DNA of 24,046 nt from Candidatus Thorarchaeota archaeon SMTZ1-45 (GCA_001563335.1 LRSL01000026.1:1-24046); one strand, 5' to 3'; shown: positions 8,072-17,769, counted from the first letter of the stretch. Made by a program: numbers and translations. Notes: generated by a model from the letters alone, not told the origin.

Positions 8072-9079
8072 CTATTGTTTTGATGTGGTGCTAATGTAGC
8101 TCACCTGAGTAGGTGCATCTACATGTCCCTTCTTGGGACGAATAGCGAATCTAAATCGCACAGGTCGCTTTACCGTACCAGGGATAGATCCATGAAGCAT
8201 TATGTAGTCGCCACGAATCACACCGTAGTTGACGAACCCTCCAGAGGGTGTAATTTCCTCACCACGCTCTCCCATCTTCAGAACTTTATTATTGAAACTG
8301 GTTCGAGTGTGAAAACCGGTCTGTCCAGGACGAGGTACGGTATATCTAATGTTTGTTGGAGTCCACGGACCAATGCAACCCACACCTCGTTTTGTCTTTC
8401 TTGATTTGTGTTGAAGAATTCGTATTCCCCAGCGACGTACAGGACCCTGAAAACCATGACCCTTGGTCACAGCGATGCTGTCAACGAGAATTCCTTCATT
8501 GAGAATATCTGCTACTCTCACATCGGTGCCAAGAATACTCTGAGCGTAGTCATAGGCTTTCTTGACACTTGGAGCACCTACTTTGTACTCAGTAATGTCA
8601 GGTTTCTTCTTCGGTATTCCTGCAAGTCTTGGTTGAGTGTGAACTAGCATTCGAATCTCAGCCAGAGTGTCGAGCTTCTCCTCGAACTCTTTCACTTTGG
8701 CTCCATGGTCATAATCTTTTGGAAAAGGCATGGCTTTTCTAAGGTCCTCTGATAGACCTTCAGCAAGAACCTCAACAACCAGTTTTAATCCATATGGAGT
8801 CGTTTTGTAGCCACGAATCGAGAATGGTCTGATTGGCGGTGTATCAATGACTGTAACTGGAATCACGGTTTCCTGTCCCTTAAAAGGACTATTGGGGCTT
8901 TCAATTGTCATGACCGCATGTGTCATACCTGCCTTGTAACCAACAAAACCAAGAAGTTTTGCAGAACTGCCTTTATAAGAGGGCCAATTTTTGATCCGAG
9001 GTACGAATTTGGATGCTCTTCCTCGAGGAAGGTATGCAAGGCTACCTCGTCTGGGGGCATGTTTTTTCCTATGTGCCAT
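8072..9079 (-). CDS. rpl3: 50S ribosomal protein uL3
   Basis: HAPRRGSLAYLPRGRA, GYKAGMTH, TKGHGFQGPVRRWG, GQTGFHTRT. GGTGA SD. Confidence 0.98.
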   Translation of the reverse strand: MAHRKKHAPRRGSLAYLPRGRASKFVPRIKNWPSYKGSSAKLLGFVGYKAGMTHAVMTIESPNSPFKGQETVIPVTVIDTPPIRPFSIRGYKTTPYGLKLVVEVLAEGLSEDLRKAMPFPKDYDHGAKVKEFEEKLDTLAEIRMLVHTQPRLAGIPKKKPDITEYKVGAPSVKKAYDYAQSILGTDVRVADILNEGILVDSIAVTKGHGFQGPVRRWGIRILQHKSRKTKRGVGCIGPWTPTNIRYTVPRPGQTGFHTRTSFNNKVLKMGERGEEITPSGGFVNYGVIRGDYIMLHGSIPGTVKRPVRFRFAIRPKKGHVDAPTQVSYISTTSKQ

Positions 9080-9090
9080 TTTATGTCACC

Positions 9091-9168
9091 TTGTAGTTTT
9101 GCAGCCTTCGTGGTACCAAAATCATAATGAAGTCGAATAATCACACCACTAGGCTATTCATACTACAA
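9091..9168 (-). ncRNA. Candidate structured 5' leader (ribosomal leader) of the rpl3 operon
   Basis: Three nested helices TTGTAGT/ACTACAA, AGCCT/AGGCT and GTGGT/ACCAC, ending right at the SD. Confidence 0.55.
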
Positions 9169-9189
9169 TGCGAGTCGATTCAGAGTGTG

Positions 9190-9197
9190 TTTTTAAG
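9190..9197 (-). promoter_or_regulatory. TATA box of the rpl3-rpl4-rpl23 operon
   Basis: CTTAAAAA on the - strand, ~25 nt upstream of the leader hairpin. Confidence 0.5.
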
Positions 9198-9277
9198 ATT
9201 TACCCCATGACCAAAGACGCTTGTTGGGTGACAATAAGACATATGGGTCAGACTAGTTTGTACGGACCATAGCGACT

Positions 9278-11644
9278 CTAGATATGCTGCTGTTCAGTTC
9301 GGGCAATGATTTCATTCTGTAGATCTTTGCCAATATTGACAAAGTAGTCACTATAGCCTGCGACTCTTACAATCAGGTCTTGATAGAGCTCGGGACTCTT
9401 CTGTGCAGATTTGAGTGTATCAGCATGTACTACATTGAACTGGATATGATGTCCACCAAGTTTGAAGTAAGTCCGTACAAGGTTTCCAAGCTTTTTCCGG
9501 CCTTCTTCGTCAGCCAATACTTCAGGCATGAATTTCTGGTTGAGGAGAGTTCCACCGGTCTTCCAATGATCAATCTTGGCAACAGATTTAATGACAGCTG
9601 TGGGTCCATTTGTGTCAGCACCATGACTCGGGGAAATACCGTCAGAAAGAGGAGCACCAGCGTTCCTGCCATTGGGAGTAGCACCGGTCATCTCTCCGAA
9701 GTAGATGTGTACGGTGGTGGGGAGAAGGTTGACTCGATATTCACCACCTTTTGTGTTGGGACGACCATCTATCAAATCGAAGTAGGTGTTAAACACATCT
9801 TTTGCTAGCGTATCGACATAATCATCATCATTACCATACTTCGGAGTCTTGTTTAAGAGAGTCATTCTCATGACCTCGTTATCCTTAAAGTCCATTGCGA
9901 GTCCGTCAAGTAATTCCTTCATGGTAAACCGTTTTTGTTCGAAGACATGAATCTTGATAGCTGAAAGTGAGTCAGTCATTGTACCCATTCCCACACCTTG
10001 GATGTAGGTTGAGTTATACCTAGGACCACCATCGTGGTAATCCTTCCCGCGAGAAATACAGTCATCAAATAAAAGCGACATGAATGGAGCAGGCATATAT
10101 TCCGCGTAAAGGCGTTCAATGATGTTGTTGCCTTTGATTTTCAGATTAATGAAGTATTCAAGCTGTTTCTTATATGCCGCGAATAACTTTTCAAATGACT
10201 TGAAACTGGTTGGGTCACCAGTTTCAATGCCCACCTTTTCTCCAGTTCGAGGGTCAGTACCATTGTTAAGGGTGATTTCCAATATCTTTGGCCAGTTACA
10301 GTATCCTGTCAGGATGCAACTTTCTTTTCCAAAGGCACTAATAGTCACACATCCACTGGGACCTCCTACGCGTGCATCCTCTACGGACTTTCCAGCACGC
10401 AGAAACTCCTTGATTATCACATCAGTGTTGAACATGGAGGGCTGGCCAAATCCTTCCTTCACAATATCTACTGCATGTTTGAGAAATTGATCAGGATTTT
10501 TTGTACTCAACTGAATACAGACGCTAGGTTGAATCAGCCGCATCTCATTGCATACATCCAGAATGAGGTGTGATAACTCATTTACACCATCTTTTCCTTC
10601 ACTGGTCAATCCGCCAGTGTTGATCAAAGCAAAGTCTTGGTAGGTCCCGCTTTGTTCTTCTGTAATTGAAACCTTGAGTGGGGCAGGTTGATTGTTGAAC
10701 TTCACCCAGATACATTGAAGGAGTTCCTTGGCAAATTCTCTTGTCAGAGTCCCTTCCTCAACTTCTTTGGAAAAGAATGGGTAAAGATTTTGGTCAAGTC
10801 TGCCTGGATTAAAACTGTCCCAGACATTGAGTTCGATGATTACTCCCAAGTGAACAAACCAGTAGGATTGTAGTGCCTCCCAGAAGTTTCGTGGGGCATT
10901 TGCTGGAACATGATGACAGATGTCAGCGATTCGCAAGAGTTCTTTCTTTCGCTCCTTATCAGGTTCACTCTCTGCAAGGTCACGTGCCATCTCTGCATGT
11001 CTCTCAGCGAACGAGATCACTGCATTTGCAGCAATCTCCATTGCTTTCAGTTCCTGTTCTTTGCTATATGCTTCCGAGTCATTATAGTAGTCAATGTCAT
11101 TCAGATGTTTCCTGATGTCATCAATAAGGTCTAAGAAACCTCTGTGGTATATCTTATCATCAAGAATGGCATGTCCTGGTGCTCGTTGTTCCATGAACTC
11201 TGTGAAGGCACCAGCGTTGAATGCTTTCATCCAGTCCTCTGACATGGCATCAAACACACGGTCACGCATGGTCCGACCAGACCAGAAGGGGATAATCTCA
11301 TCACGGTATGTGACCATTGTGTCCTCAGTAGAAGCAAACGGGGCTCGTTCCCGAGAGTTTGCAATCTCAAAGTCCTCAAGAGTGTGACAGCACAGTTCAG
11401 GATAAGTTGGTGTGGCTAGTGGTGCAGGACCTCGTTCACCAACAATCAGCTCTCCATCATTAATACAGATTGTCTTGCTCTCCAGTATATGCTTGAAAGC
11501 CAAAGCTCGAGCAACAGGTGTGGAAACCAAGTCTGCGCCTCCACTCTGATAGAAATCAGTAAGAAGCTCCGCCCGCTCGGTAGATATGTAGGGCTTTGAA
11601 CCCACACTCTGTTTTCGAAGACGTTTTACTCTCTCGGACTGCAT
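9278..11644 (-). CDS. Glycyl radical enzyme, trans-4-hydroxy-L-proline dehydratase (HypD)-like variant
   Basis: Gly loop IVRVAGYS, Cys loop SGCVT, and HypD-type segments TYPELCCH, EFMEQRAPGH, KFNNQPAP and LPTTVHIYFG. Start probably ATG 11644 (GAGG upstream); the ORF track gives GTG 11695. Confidence 0.85.
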   Translation of the reverse strand: MQSERVKRLRKQSVGSKPYISTERAELLTDFYQSGGADLVSTPVARALAFKHILESKTICINDGELIVGERGPAPLATPTYPELCCHTLEDFEIANSRERAPFASTEDTMVTYRDEIIPFWSGRTMRDRVFDAMSEDWMKAFNAGAFTEFMEQRAPGHAILDDKIYHRGFLDLIDDIRKHLNDIDYYNDSEAYSKEQELKAMEIAANAVISFAERHAEMARDLAESEPDKERKKELLRIADICHHVPANAPRNFWEALQSYWFVHLGVIIELNVWDSFNPGRLDQNLYPFFSKEVEEGTLTREFAKELLQCIWVKFNNQPAPLKVSITEEQSGTYQDFALINTGGLTSEGKDGVNELSHLILDVCNEMRLIQPSVCIQLSTKNPDQFLKHAVDIVKEGFGQPSMFNTDVIIKEFLRAGKSVEDARVGGPSGCVTISAFGKESCILTGYCNWPKILEITLNNGTDPRTGEKVGIETGDPTSFKSFEKLFAAYKKQLEYFINLKIKGNNIIERLYAEYMPAPFMSLLFDDCISRGKDYHDGGPRYNSTYIQGVGMGTMTDSLSAIKIHVFEQKRFTMKELLDGLAMDFKDNEVMRMTLLNKTPKYGNDDDYVDTLAKDVFNTYFDLIDGRPNTKGGEYRVNLLPTTVHIYFGEMTGATPNGRNAGAPLSDGISPSHGADTNGPTAVIKSVAKIDHWKTGGTLLNQKFMPEVLADEEGRKKLGNLVRTYFKLGGHHIQFNVVHADTLKSAQKSPELYQDLIVRVAGYSDYFVNIGKDLQNEIIARTEQQHI

Positions 11645-11710
11645 TAAGTCATCCTCGTTATTGATTGTCTGGTGGAATTCTTCTATAAAGCTCACGCATG
11701 TCCGGATCCA

Positions 11711-12574
11711 TCACATATGAAAGCCTGGTTTTGTTATTATCGTGCCCACAGAGGAATTCAATAGACCGAGGCTTACAAACAAAGCCTCCTCAAGTCGGAC
11801 AGTTTCTGTTCCCTGATCAGGAATAGTATTTGCCCAGAAATCAATGTGAGACTTCACAATCTCTCGCTCATTCTCGAAAAACTCGAGAATCCCATGACTT
11901 GGACCACCAAATACTGCAAGGACTGACTGTGTGCCCGCAATTGTTGATTTCAAGTCTTTCTCAATCTGATTAAAAAATGGGGCTTTCCGTGAGAACCCGA
12001 TTCTAGTTGAGTCATCAGATTCTTCAAGGAATTTTGCTAGATTGTACACTCGTTCGACTCTAAATCCCCAATAGTCGCTGACATCCTCTCGTTCAATAAT
12101 TTCCAGCACTATCTGTGGTTTGATTTTTTTTACTCTGAAAAGGGTAGGGTCTCGTTCGCTCACAGTCTTTGGATAATTGACCAACTTATCGAAGCCTAAA
12201 TCAATCTGTCCAGGTCGAGCCTGTAAGCCCCACCTCACACTGCCCTCTTGAAGTTCATTGATCTTGGTTTCTAATGGATGGCTTCTTGTTCTGAGAGGCG
12301 GAAGAAGACCTGCGAACTTTAGTGACTGTGACTTGGGAAAACTCTGTTTCCGTAAATATTGCGGGGTGTCCATATATCTGAGAATCTTGCTAAGAAGACT
12401 TACATCCCGTTTCATTTCATTGCTTAGTTTTCCTGTGTCATAGATATACACAGTTTCAACACGAAAAACTGCTAATGCTCGAGCTAATGACCCAACTTTT
12501 TCTGTCTTTTGTCGTAGATCTGTACAATCTGTAAGTGAAGTGTCAGGAATTGCAACTCTCAGAGTCATGCTCAT
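11711..12574 (-). CDS. SPOUT-family RNA methyltransferase (DUF171 / SPOUT1-like)
   Basis: LRYMDTPQYLRK, GLLPPLRT, FGGP and NTIPDQGTETVRLEEA. This family usually sits just upstream of rpl3 in archaea. Confidence 0.9.
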   Translation of the reverse strand: MSMTLRVAIPDTSLTDCTDLRQKTEKVGSLARALAVFRVETVYIYDTGKLSNEMKRDVSLLSKILRYMDTPQYLRKQSFPKSQSLKFAGLLPPLRTRSHPLETKINELQEGSVRWGLQARPGQIDLGFDKLVNYPKTVSERDPTLFRVKKIKPQIVLEIIEREDVSDYWGFRVERVYNLAKFLEESDDSTRIGFSRKAPFFNQIEKDLKSTIAGTQSVLAVFGGPSHGILEFFENEREIVKSHIDFWANTIPDQGTETVRLEEALFVSLGLLNSSVGTIITKPGFHM

Positions 12575-12580
12575 TTTCTC

Positions 12581-13012
12581 CTAGAGATCAAGGGTGAACC
12601 ACAATGTTGTACGATTGGGCTCTTGAATGATTTTCATGTCAGCATAGGTCATTGCTTTGACCTCAGTCCTTGTGTCATGTTTCTCGTGGTCAATCTTCTC
12701 GCCCAGAGCACGAGCCTCTAATAGATAGCCATCTAGAGTGGCTTCAATGTGGTCAACCTGAAACTTGGAGTAAAACTGGCTATTGATGTCAATCAGTGCG
12801 ATTAGTTCTCCAATCCACTCTACTAGGAGCTCCTCAAGGTCTATCCCTGTGACTGAGATATCAACAGTATCCTTTGGTGCCACAGTGGATGTATCAAGAA
12901 TGACCTCGAATGTGGCAATGGCAGCCTGTTCAAACGCCTCAATCAGGTCTGGAGCCCAGCATTCAATGGTGATGTCAGCAGTATGTTCGTGAAATTTGAA
13001 ACCGCGCTCCAA
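12581..13012 (-). CDS. Archease (RtcB tRNA-ligase cofactor)
   Basis: EHTADI at the N-terminus and EVKAMTY...LDL at the C-terminus. TTG start with GGTGA SD. Confidence 0.93.
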   Translation of the reverse strand: MERGFKFHEHTADITIECWAPDLIEAFEQAAIATFEVILDTSTVAPKDTVDISVTGIDLEELLVEWIGELIALIDINSQFYSKFQVDHIEATLDGYLLEARALGEKIDHEKHDTRTEVKAMTYADMKIIQEPNRTTLWFTLDL

Positions 13013-13083
13013 GGGTCTAGTTCACCTTCCCATTCAACCACGACAAGAAGCTTAAAAGGCATTTCCAACGGTGGCAATGCTAA

Positions 13084-13201
13084 GCCGAGGTAGCCAAGCC
13101 CGGATTAAGGCGCCGGTCTTGAAAACCAGCTTCTTCTGAAGCAGAAAACAAGCTAACCGGTGTGTTCGCACTCATGAGTTCAAATCTCATCCTCGGCGCC
13201 A
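13084..13201 (+). tRNA. tRNA-Ser(TGA) with a 31-nt intron at 37/38 (13124-13154), CCA encoded
   Basis: Acceptor GCCGAGG/CCTCGGC, G73, CCA. Anticodon stem CCGGT/ACCGG with TGA at 13120-13122. Variable arm GTG-TTCG-CAC. T-loop TTCAAAT. Splice helix CTTG/CAAG. Confidence 0.95.
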
Positions 13202-13209
13202 ATTTCTCT

Positions 13210-13818
13210 TCAGTTTGTCAAGAACACCATCAAGGCTAGAACGAAGTAGTAGATTTGATATGAGCTGACCATGAGTCTTTCGACCAAACCAACATAATTG
13301 GTGTTAACTGCTGCTGATGTAGCTACAACAAGAATCAATGATACAATTGCTGTGATCAATGAAAATGTGGCAAAACCACTCCATTCCACTTCGGATTCTA
13401 ATCGGAACCATAAAGCAACCATTCCTGCAGTTGCTAGTATTCCAGATATAGCAATAAGAACTAGATGCAATTTCCCTCGTATGGTTAAGAGTTCCCCACC
13501 AGCATCAAGGGGGAAGAATAAAGCAACAAGGACCCCTAAGAGCCCGCTAATCACGAACAGAATGGGACCAGTGATAGATCCTGCTCCATTGTTTATTCCC
13601 CAATGTAATCCAGTATAAAAGACGAACAGGAGAATGCTTGACGAGATGATGAACTTGTCAAACAGTTTCTTGTTTGGAGCATCAACAGCAACAAGCGTAC
13701 TGACATCATCTCGAATATGACTATACTCTGGTTGCAGGATTCCCCCAAGAATCCACATGAGTGTGTAGATGATTGGGCTGAGCATTCCACAGAGAGCTAG
13801 AAGATGGAATAGATTCAT
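13210..13818 (-). CDS. DUF998-family membrane protein
   Basis: YSHIRDDVSTL, FPLD, LH and GLVERL motifs with multiple TM helices. Start probably ATG 13818. Confidence 0.8.
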   Translation of the reverse strand: MNLFHLLALCGMLSPIIYTLMWILGGILQPEYSHIRDDVSTLVAVDAPNKKLFDKFIISSSILLFVFYTGLHWGINNGAGSITGPILFVISGLLGVLVALFFPLDAGGELLTIRGKLHLVLIAISGILATAGMVALWFRLESEVEWSGFATFSLITAIVSLILVVATSAAVNTNYVGLVERLMVSSYQIYYFVLALMVFLTN

Positions 13819-13846
13819 GAAGCCACCCAAATTCTTTTTCTCAATG

Positions 13847-15118
13847 CTATGCATCTAGATTCTCAATTACAGTTGCGACTCCCTGTCCGCCTCCAACGCA
13901 GGCATTGGCGACCCCATACTTCGCCTTTTTATCTTTGAGAATTCTTGCCAGGGTTCCTGTTAGCCTAATCATGGTTGAACCCAGAGGGTGTCCAATAGCA
14001 GTTGATCCACCCATTATGTTCACCTTCTCCTCGGGGATGTTCAGTTTGTCCATACAATTGAGTGTTACAATGCAGAAAGCCTCATTTATCTCCCAGTAGT
14101 CAATTTCCTCAGCACTTAGCCCAGCATGCTTGAGAGCTTTGATGGTAGCAGGGACAGGTCCACGACCCATGACAGTGGGATCAACTCCTGCCCATCCCAT
14201 GGAAACAATTCGGGCCATAGGCTCTATACCTCTTTTTTCAGCCTCCTTTGCCTCCATTATAACTGCAGCAGTTGCACCTGCGTTGAGTGGTGAAGCATTA
14301 CCAGGAGTGATTACTCCCTCATCAGTCCCCTCTCGCTTGATATACCCATCTTTCCCCCCATTCTTCTCAAGAAAGAAAGGCGTCGATACTCTTGGTAGGG
14401 TTGAAACCTTCTCAAGAGTTGAAGGTCGGGCACTCAGATCCCTGTCCACTAGCATGGGTTCATCAACATTACCCGGTGTATGTCCTTGGAGGGGTATGAT
14501 TTCACCTTTGAACCATCCACTCTCCTGATTCTTAACGGTCAGATTATGACTCCTCACGCCAAATTTGTCCATGTCCTCCTTGGTGAAGGTGGGAACCTCC
14601 TCCTCGTACAATTTCTGGGCGGTCTGTAACATATTGAATACAGTATTGACATCCAAGTCGGGCCTATAGAACTCAGAGGCTTTATCCGCAATGGAGAAAT
14701 TAGGCTCAACTCCCTTTCCCCTCACTCTAGTCATATGCTCAAATCCAGTTGAGAGCACAATTTTACTGAACCCAGTCATAATTTCCATTATGCCAATGTG
14801 CATACCCGACCCTGCAGACCCACATTGACGATCGACAAAGATGCAGGGTACATGATGTGGAAATCCAGACAAGAATGCCGGTGTTTTTCCTCCATAAGTC
14901 CAGTTCTCAAGGACTCCTGAAGCCACACCGACTGTGAGCTCGTCAATGTCTTTCTTCTCAATCCCTTTGTCTGCCAATGATCCGTCAAAGAATTTCATGA
15001 GCAAACGGGATAATAGCTCATCTCCTCTAATCTCACCGAACGCATCGTTCTCTGGATCTTGAGTACGTGATCGTGAGAATGGAGTACGTGCATAGTCAAC
15101 CAACCACACTTCGTTCAT
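13847..15118 (-). CDS. Thiolase (acetyl-CoA C-acyltransferase)
   Basis: ARTPF, catalytic DRQCGS, EINEAF, GHPLG and ACVGGGQG. Start probably ATG 15118. Confidence 0.95.
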   Translation of the reverse strand: MNEVWLVDYARTPFSRSRTQDPENDAFGEIRGDELLSRLLMKFFDGSLADKGIEKKDIDELTVGVASGVLENWTYGGKTPAFLSGFPHHVPCIFVDRQCGSAGSGMHIGIMEIMTGFSKIVLSTGFEHMTRVRGKGVEPNFSIADKASEFYRPDLDVNTVFNMLQTAQKLYEEEVPTFTKEDMDKFGVRSHNLTVKNQESGWFKGEIIPLQGHTPGNVDEPMLVDRDLSARPSTLEKVSTLPRVSTPFFLEKNGGKDGYIKREGTDEGVITPGNASPLNAGATAAVIMEAKEAEKRGIEPMARIVSMGWAGVDPTVMGRGPVPATIKALKHAGLSAEEIDYWEINEAFCIVTLNCMDKLNIPEEKVNIMGGSTAIGHPLGSTMIRLTGTLARILKDKKAKYGVANACVGGGQGVATVIENLDA

Positions 15119-15267
15119 AGATTGTTCTACGAGATTACCCAATTTTAATTCTTTATGCAAGAACAGAGATAGACTGCAAAATCTGGAATCAACAAAATTT
15201 CATAAATCGAGTGAACATACGATAGGATGTAGTTACGTTTTTCACTCAATCGAATGAACTGATAGGT

Positions 15268-16071
15268 ATGCCATTTATTCAAACTGGAAACATCCAGACT
15301 TACTATGAACAACATGGAGAGTCGGGATCACCACTGGTGTTCATCCATGGGGCTGGAGCATCCCATGATATGTGGAAACCTCAAGTCGAGCACTTCTCAA
15401 ATACATACAATGTGATTACTTACGATCTTAGAGGGCATCAGCAGTCTGAGGGATCTGATGACAAATACACCTGTGAGCTATTTGCTGATGATCTTCATCA
15501 ATTAATTGACCGACTCGGTATACAAGAGCCTGTAATTATTGGGCTCTCTCTCGGTGGAATGGTTGCTCAGGAGTATGCTGTGAAATATCGTTCGAATCTG
15601 AAGGGGTTAGTTCTTGCTGATACTGCAGTGGCATCAGCTCTCACTCTGTCTGATAAGATGTTGAAAGCTGTGTATCCTAAATTCATGGTCAAATGGACCA
15701 TAAGACGAATGAGTGATGAGAGATATGCAGATTGGTCCTTCAAATACTTCGAAATGGACAATGAGATTAGAGAGTATCTCAAGAAGGAACAACTCAAGCT
15801 AGGTAAGGAGGAACTCCTAAAGGTTACTGATGCGATTTACTCATTCAAACTCCTGCCTCTGGAAACTATCGAGGTTCCAACACTTGTTATTCTGGGAGAG
15901 AACGAGAGAAAGGCTGTATTTCCCCACGCTGACAAGATTGTCGAACTGATCAAGACCTCTCGAAAAGTGATTATTCCGGGTGCGGGACATGCATCAAATC
16001 TTGAGAATCCTGAGGTCTTCAACAGAGAACTTGAAGACTTCTTGAGAGAGCTAGAGGTATTGCCGGCTTAG
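15268..16071 (+). CDS. Alpha/beta-fold hydrolase
   Basis: HGAG oxyanion motif, DLRGH, nucleophile elbow GLSLGG, catalytic His in AGHASNLENP. Confidence 0.93.
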   Translation: MPFIQTGNIQTYYEQHGESGSPLVFIHGAGASHDMWKPQVEHFSNTYNVITYDLRGHQQSEGSDDKYTCELFADDLHQLIDRLGIQEPVIIGLSLGGMVAQEYAVKYRSNLKGLVLADTAVASALTLSDKMLKAVYPKFMVKWTIRRMSDERYADWSFKYFEMDNEIREYLKKEQLKLGKEELLKVTDAIYSFKLLPLETIEVPTLVILGENERKAVFPHADKIVELIKTSRKVIIPGAGHASNLENPEVFNRELEDFLRELEVLPA

Positions 16072-17672
16072 CGAAGGTCCTTTGCAAGATATGGACCCTT
16101 GTCATTGAAACCAAGAGACCGATAGTATTCTTTGACTCCAATGCCGCTATTTACGAGAAGGCATGTGGCATCGAAATCTGCACGTCCTATATCTTCAGAT
16201 TCTGACATCATCCTTTCTCCTAGACCTAGATGTTGCCAAGCATCACGGTCTCGTTTTCCAATCTCCACAACAGGACCGTACACTCTCAGCTCACGGATAA
16301 TAACAGAGGGATTCTCAGTCAGTTCGACTCTATGCGCATCTGAACTTGGAACCCTTAAGCGAAGAAAACCAAAGAGTACATCCAAGTCTGGGTCTTCAAG
16401 TGAGAGAAACACCTCAGTTCCATTAGATGCGTCATAGTCGCGACGAACAAGTTGTATGTTATCGGGATTGACCTTCTCTCCAGACCTCATCTGGAAGTGG
16501 CCAACCTCCCTGAACCGAATTGTTGGATTTCTTTGACCACTGGCCTTCATTCTTTGATGGACTAGTTCGCGGAGGTTTCCTGTGTTCAGACCTGCCTCAA
16601 TTTGATGTAATGGGATGTCCCGTTGCATTCTTTGTATTCTAACGTACTCAGGCATTTTACTGACCGCAGATGCAACCAAGGACACTACCTGTTCAGTCGT
16701 GAGTGGAGTGTATTCGCCTGATTTCCACCATTCATAGAGTTTCGTGTTTTTGACCACAATTGTTGGGTAGATCTTCATCATATCAGGACGAAACCTTGGA
16801 TCATTGAATAATTGTTTGAAGGTCCGTAAGTCATCTTCAACAGTTGCACCAGGAAGACCTGGCATGATATGATAACATACCTTCAATCCACTGTCACGAA
16901 GAATTTTCGTGGCTCTCACAGTTTCCTCAACACCGTGACCACGTTCAACAATCCTAAGAATTTCATCAGAGAGAGTTTGTACACCAATTTCAACCCTTGT
17001 AGCTCCCATGGCAAGCATGTTGTCTACACTCTCTCGAGTGACCCAATCGGGACGGGTTTCAAAAGTAAGACCGACATTACGGACCTCTGCAGTTTCGTTC
17101 ACCTTTTTTGCTTGGTCAATGTTGCTGCTGACTGATTGATTCATAGCATCTAAACAACCTTTGACGAAAAATTCTTGATACTCGTGGGGTTTTGAGCACC
17201 AATCCCCTCCCATAACAATCAGTTCAACTTTGTTTATACTATGTCCAATCGTTGATAGCTGGGCGAGCCTGCTCTCGACCTGCCTATAGGGATCATAATT
17301 ATTCTGGAGGCCTCTCATCGTGGCAGGTTCGTGCCCGGTATAGCTCTGAGGAACTCCAAGTTCAGGACCTCCTGGACAATAGGCACATTTTCCATGAGGA
17401 CATTCATGGGGAGTTGTCATAGTGGCTACAACAGCTACTCCTGACACAGTGCGAACTGGTCTCTTCTGGAGGAATGGTCGGAGTATCTCTGCCTCCTCAG
17501 GTATCGTGACTTTTAGTATGTCAGCGTTTCTGGGGGTGCTTGTAAGCTTGTATTTCGCTGAGATCTTGTTCTTGATTCGGTTAATCACCTGTTTGCTAAG
17601 AGGCTCGGGAGAACCAAGTAGCATATCGACTATCTCTCTGTGAATATGATAGTCATCTACAGGTGCTTTCAT
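16068..17672 (-). CDS. elp3: Elp3 tRNA U34 carboxymethyltransferase (radical SAM plus GNAT)
   Basis: RTVSGVAVV, CPHGKCAYCPGG, ETRPD, KIYPT, RELRVYG and QHLGLG. Start probably ATG 17672. Confidence 0.96.
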   Translation of the reverse strand: MKAPVDDYHIHREIVDMLLGSPEPLSKQVINRIKNKISAKYKLTSTPRNADILKVTIPEEAEILRPFLQKRPVRTVSGVAVVATMTTPHECPHGKCAYCPGGPELGVPQSYTGHEPATMRGLQNNYDPYRQVESRLAQLSTIGHSINKVELIVMGGDWCSKPHEYQEFFVKGCLDAMNQSVSSNIDQAKKVNETAEVRNVGLTFETRPDWVTRESVDNMLAMGATRVEIGVQTLSDEILRIVERGHGVEETVRATKILRDSGLKVCYHIMPGLPGATVEDDLRTFKQLFNDPRFRPDMMKIYPTIVVKNTKLYEWWKSGEYTPLTTEQVVSLVASAVSKMPEYVRIQRMQRDIPLHQIEAGLNTGNLRELVHQRMKASGQRNPTIRFREVGHFQMRSGEKVNPDNIQLVRRDYDASNGTEVFLSLEDPDLDVLFGFLRLRVPSSDAHRVELTENPSVIIRELRVYGPVVEIGKRDRDAWQHLGLGERMMSESEDIGRADFDATCLLVNSGIGVKEYYRSLGFNDKGPYLAKDLR

Positions 17673-17769
17673 ACCTACGAGTATCACAATATCCGGTTTA
17701 ATAGACTACGGTGTGGCTCTGATTGACGAAAAGTTCATAACCGGTTCTAAGGTCGTGCTTCTTTGCAAA

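Noticed and set aside
13084-13201. Possible tRNA-Sec or suppressor tRNA
   Set aside because: The anticodon is TGA (reads UCA, Ser), not TCA, and the acceptor stem is a normal 7 bp.
13202-16071. Metabolic genes directly after the tRNA-Ser 3' end, considered as a tRNA-integrated island
   Set aside because: No duplicated tRNA 3' end or integrase seen.
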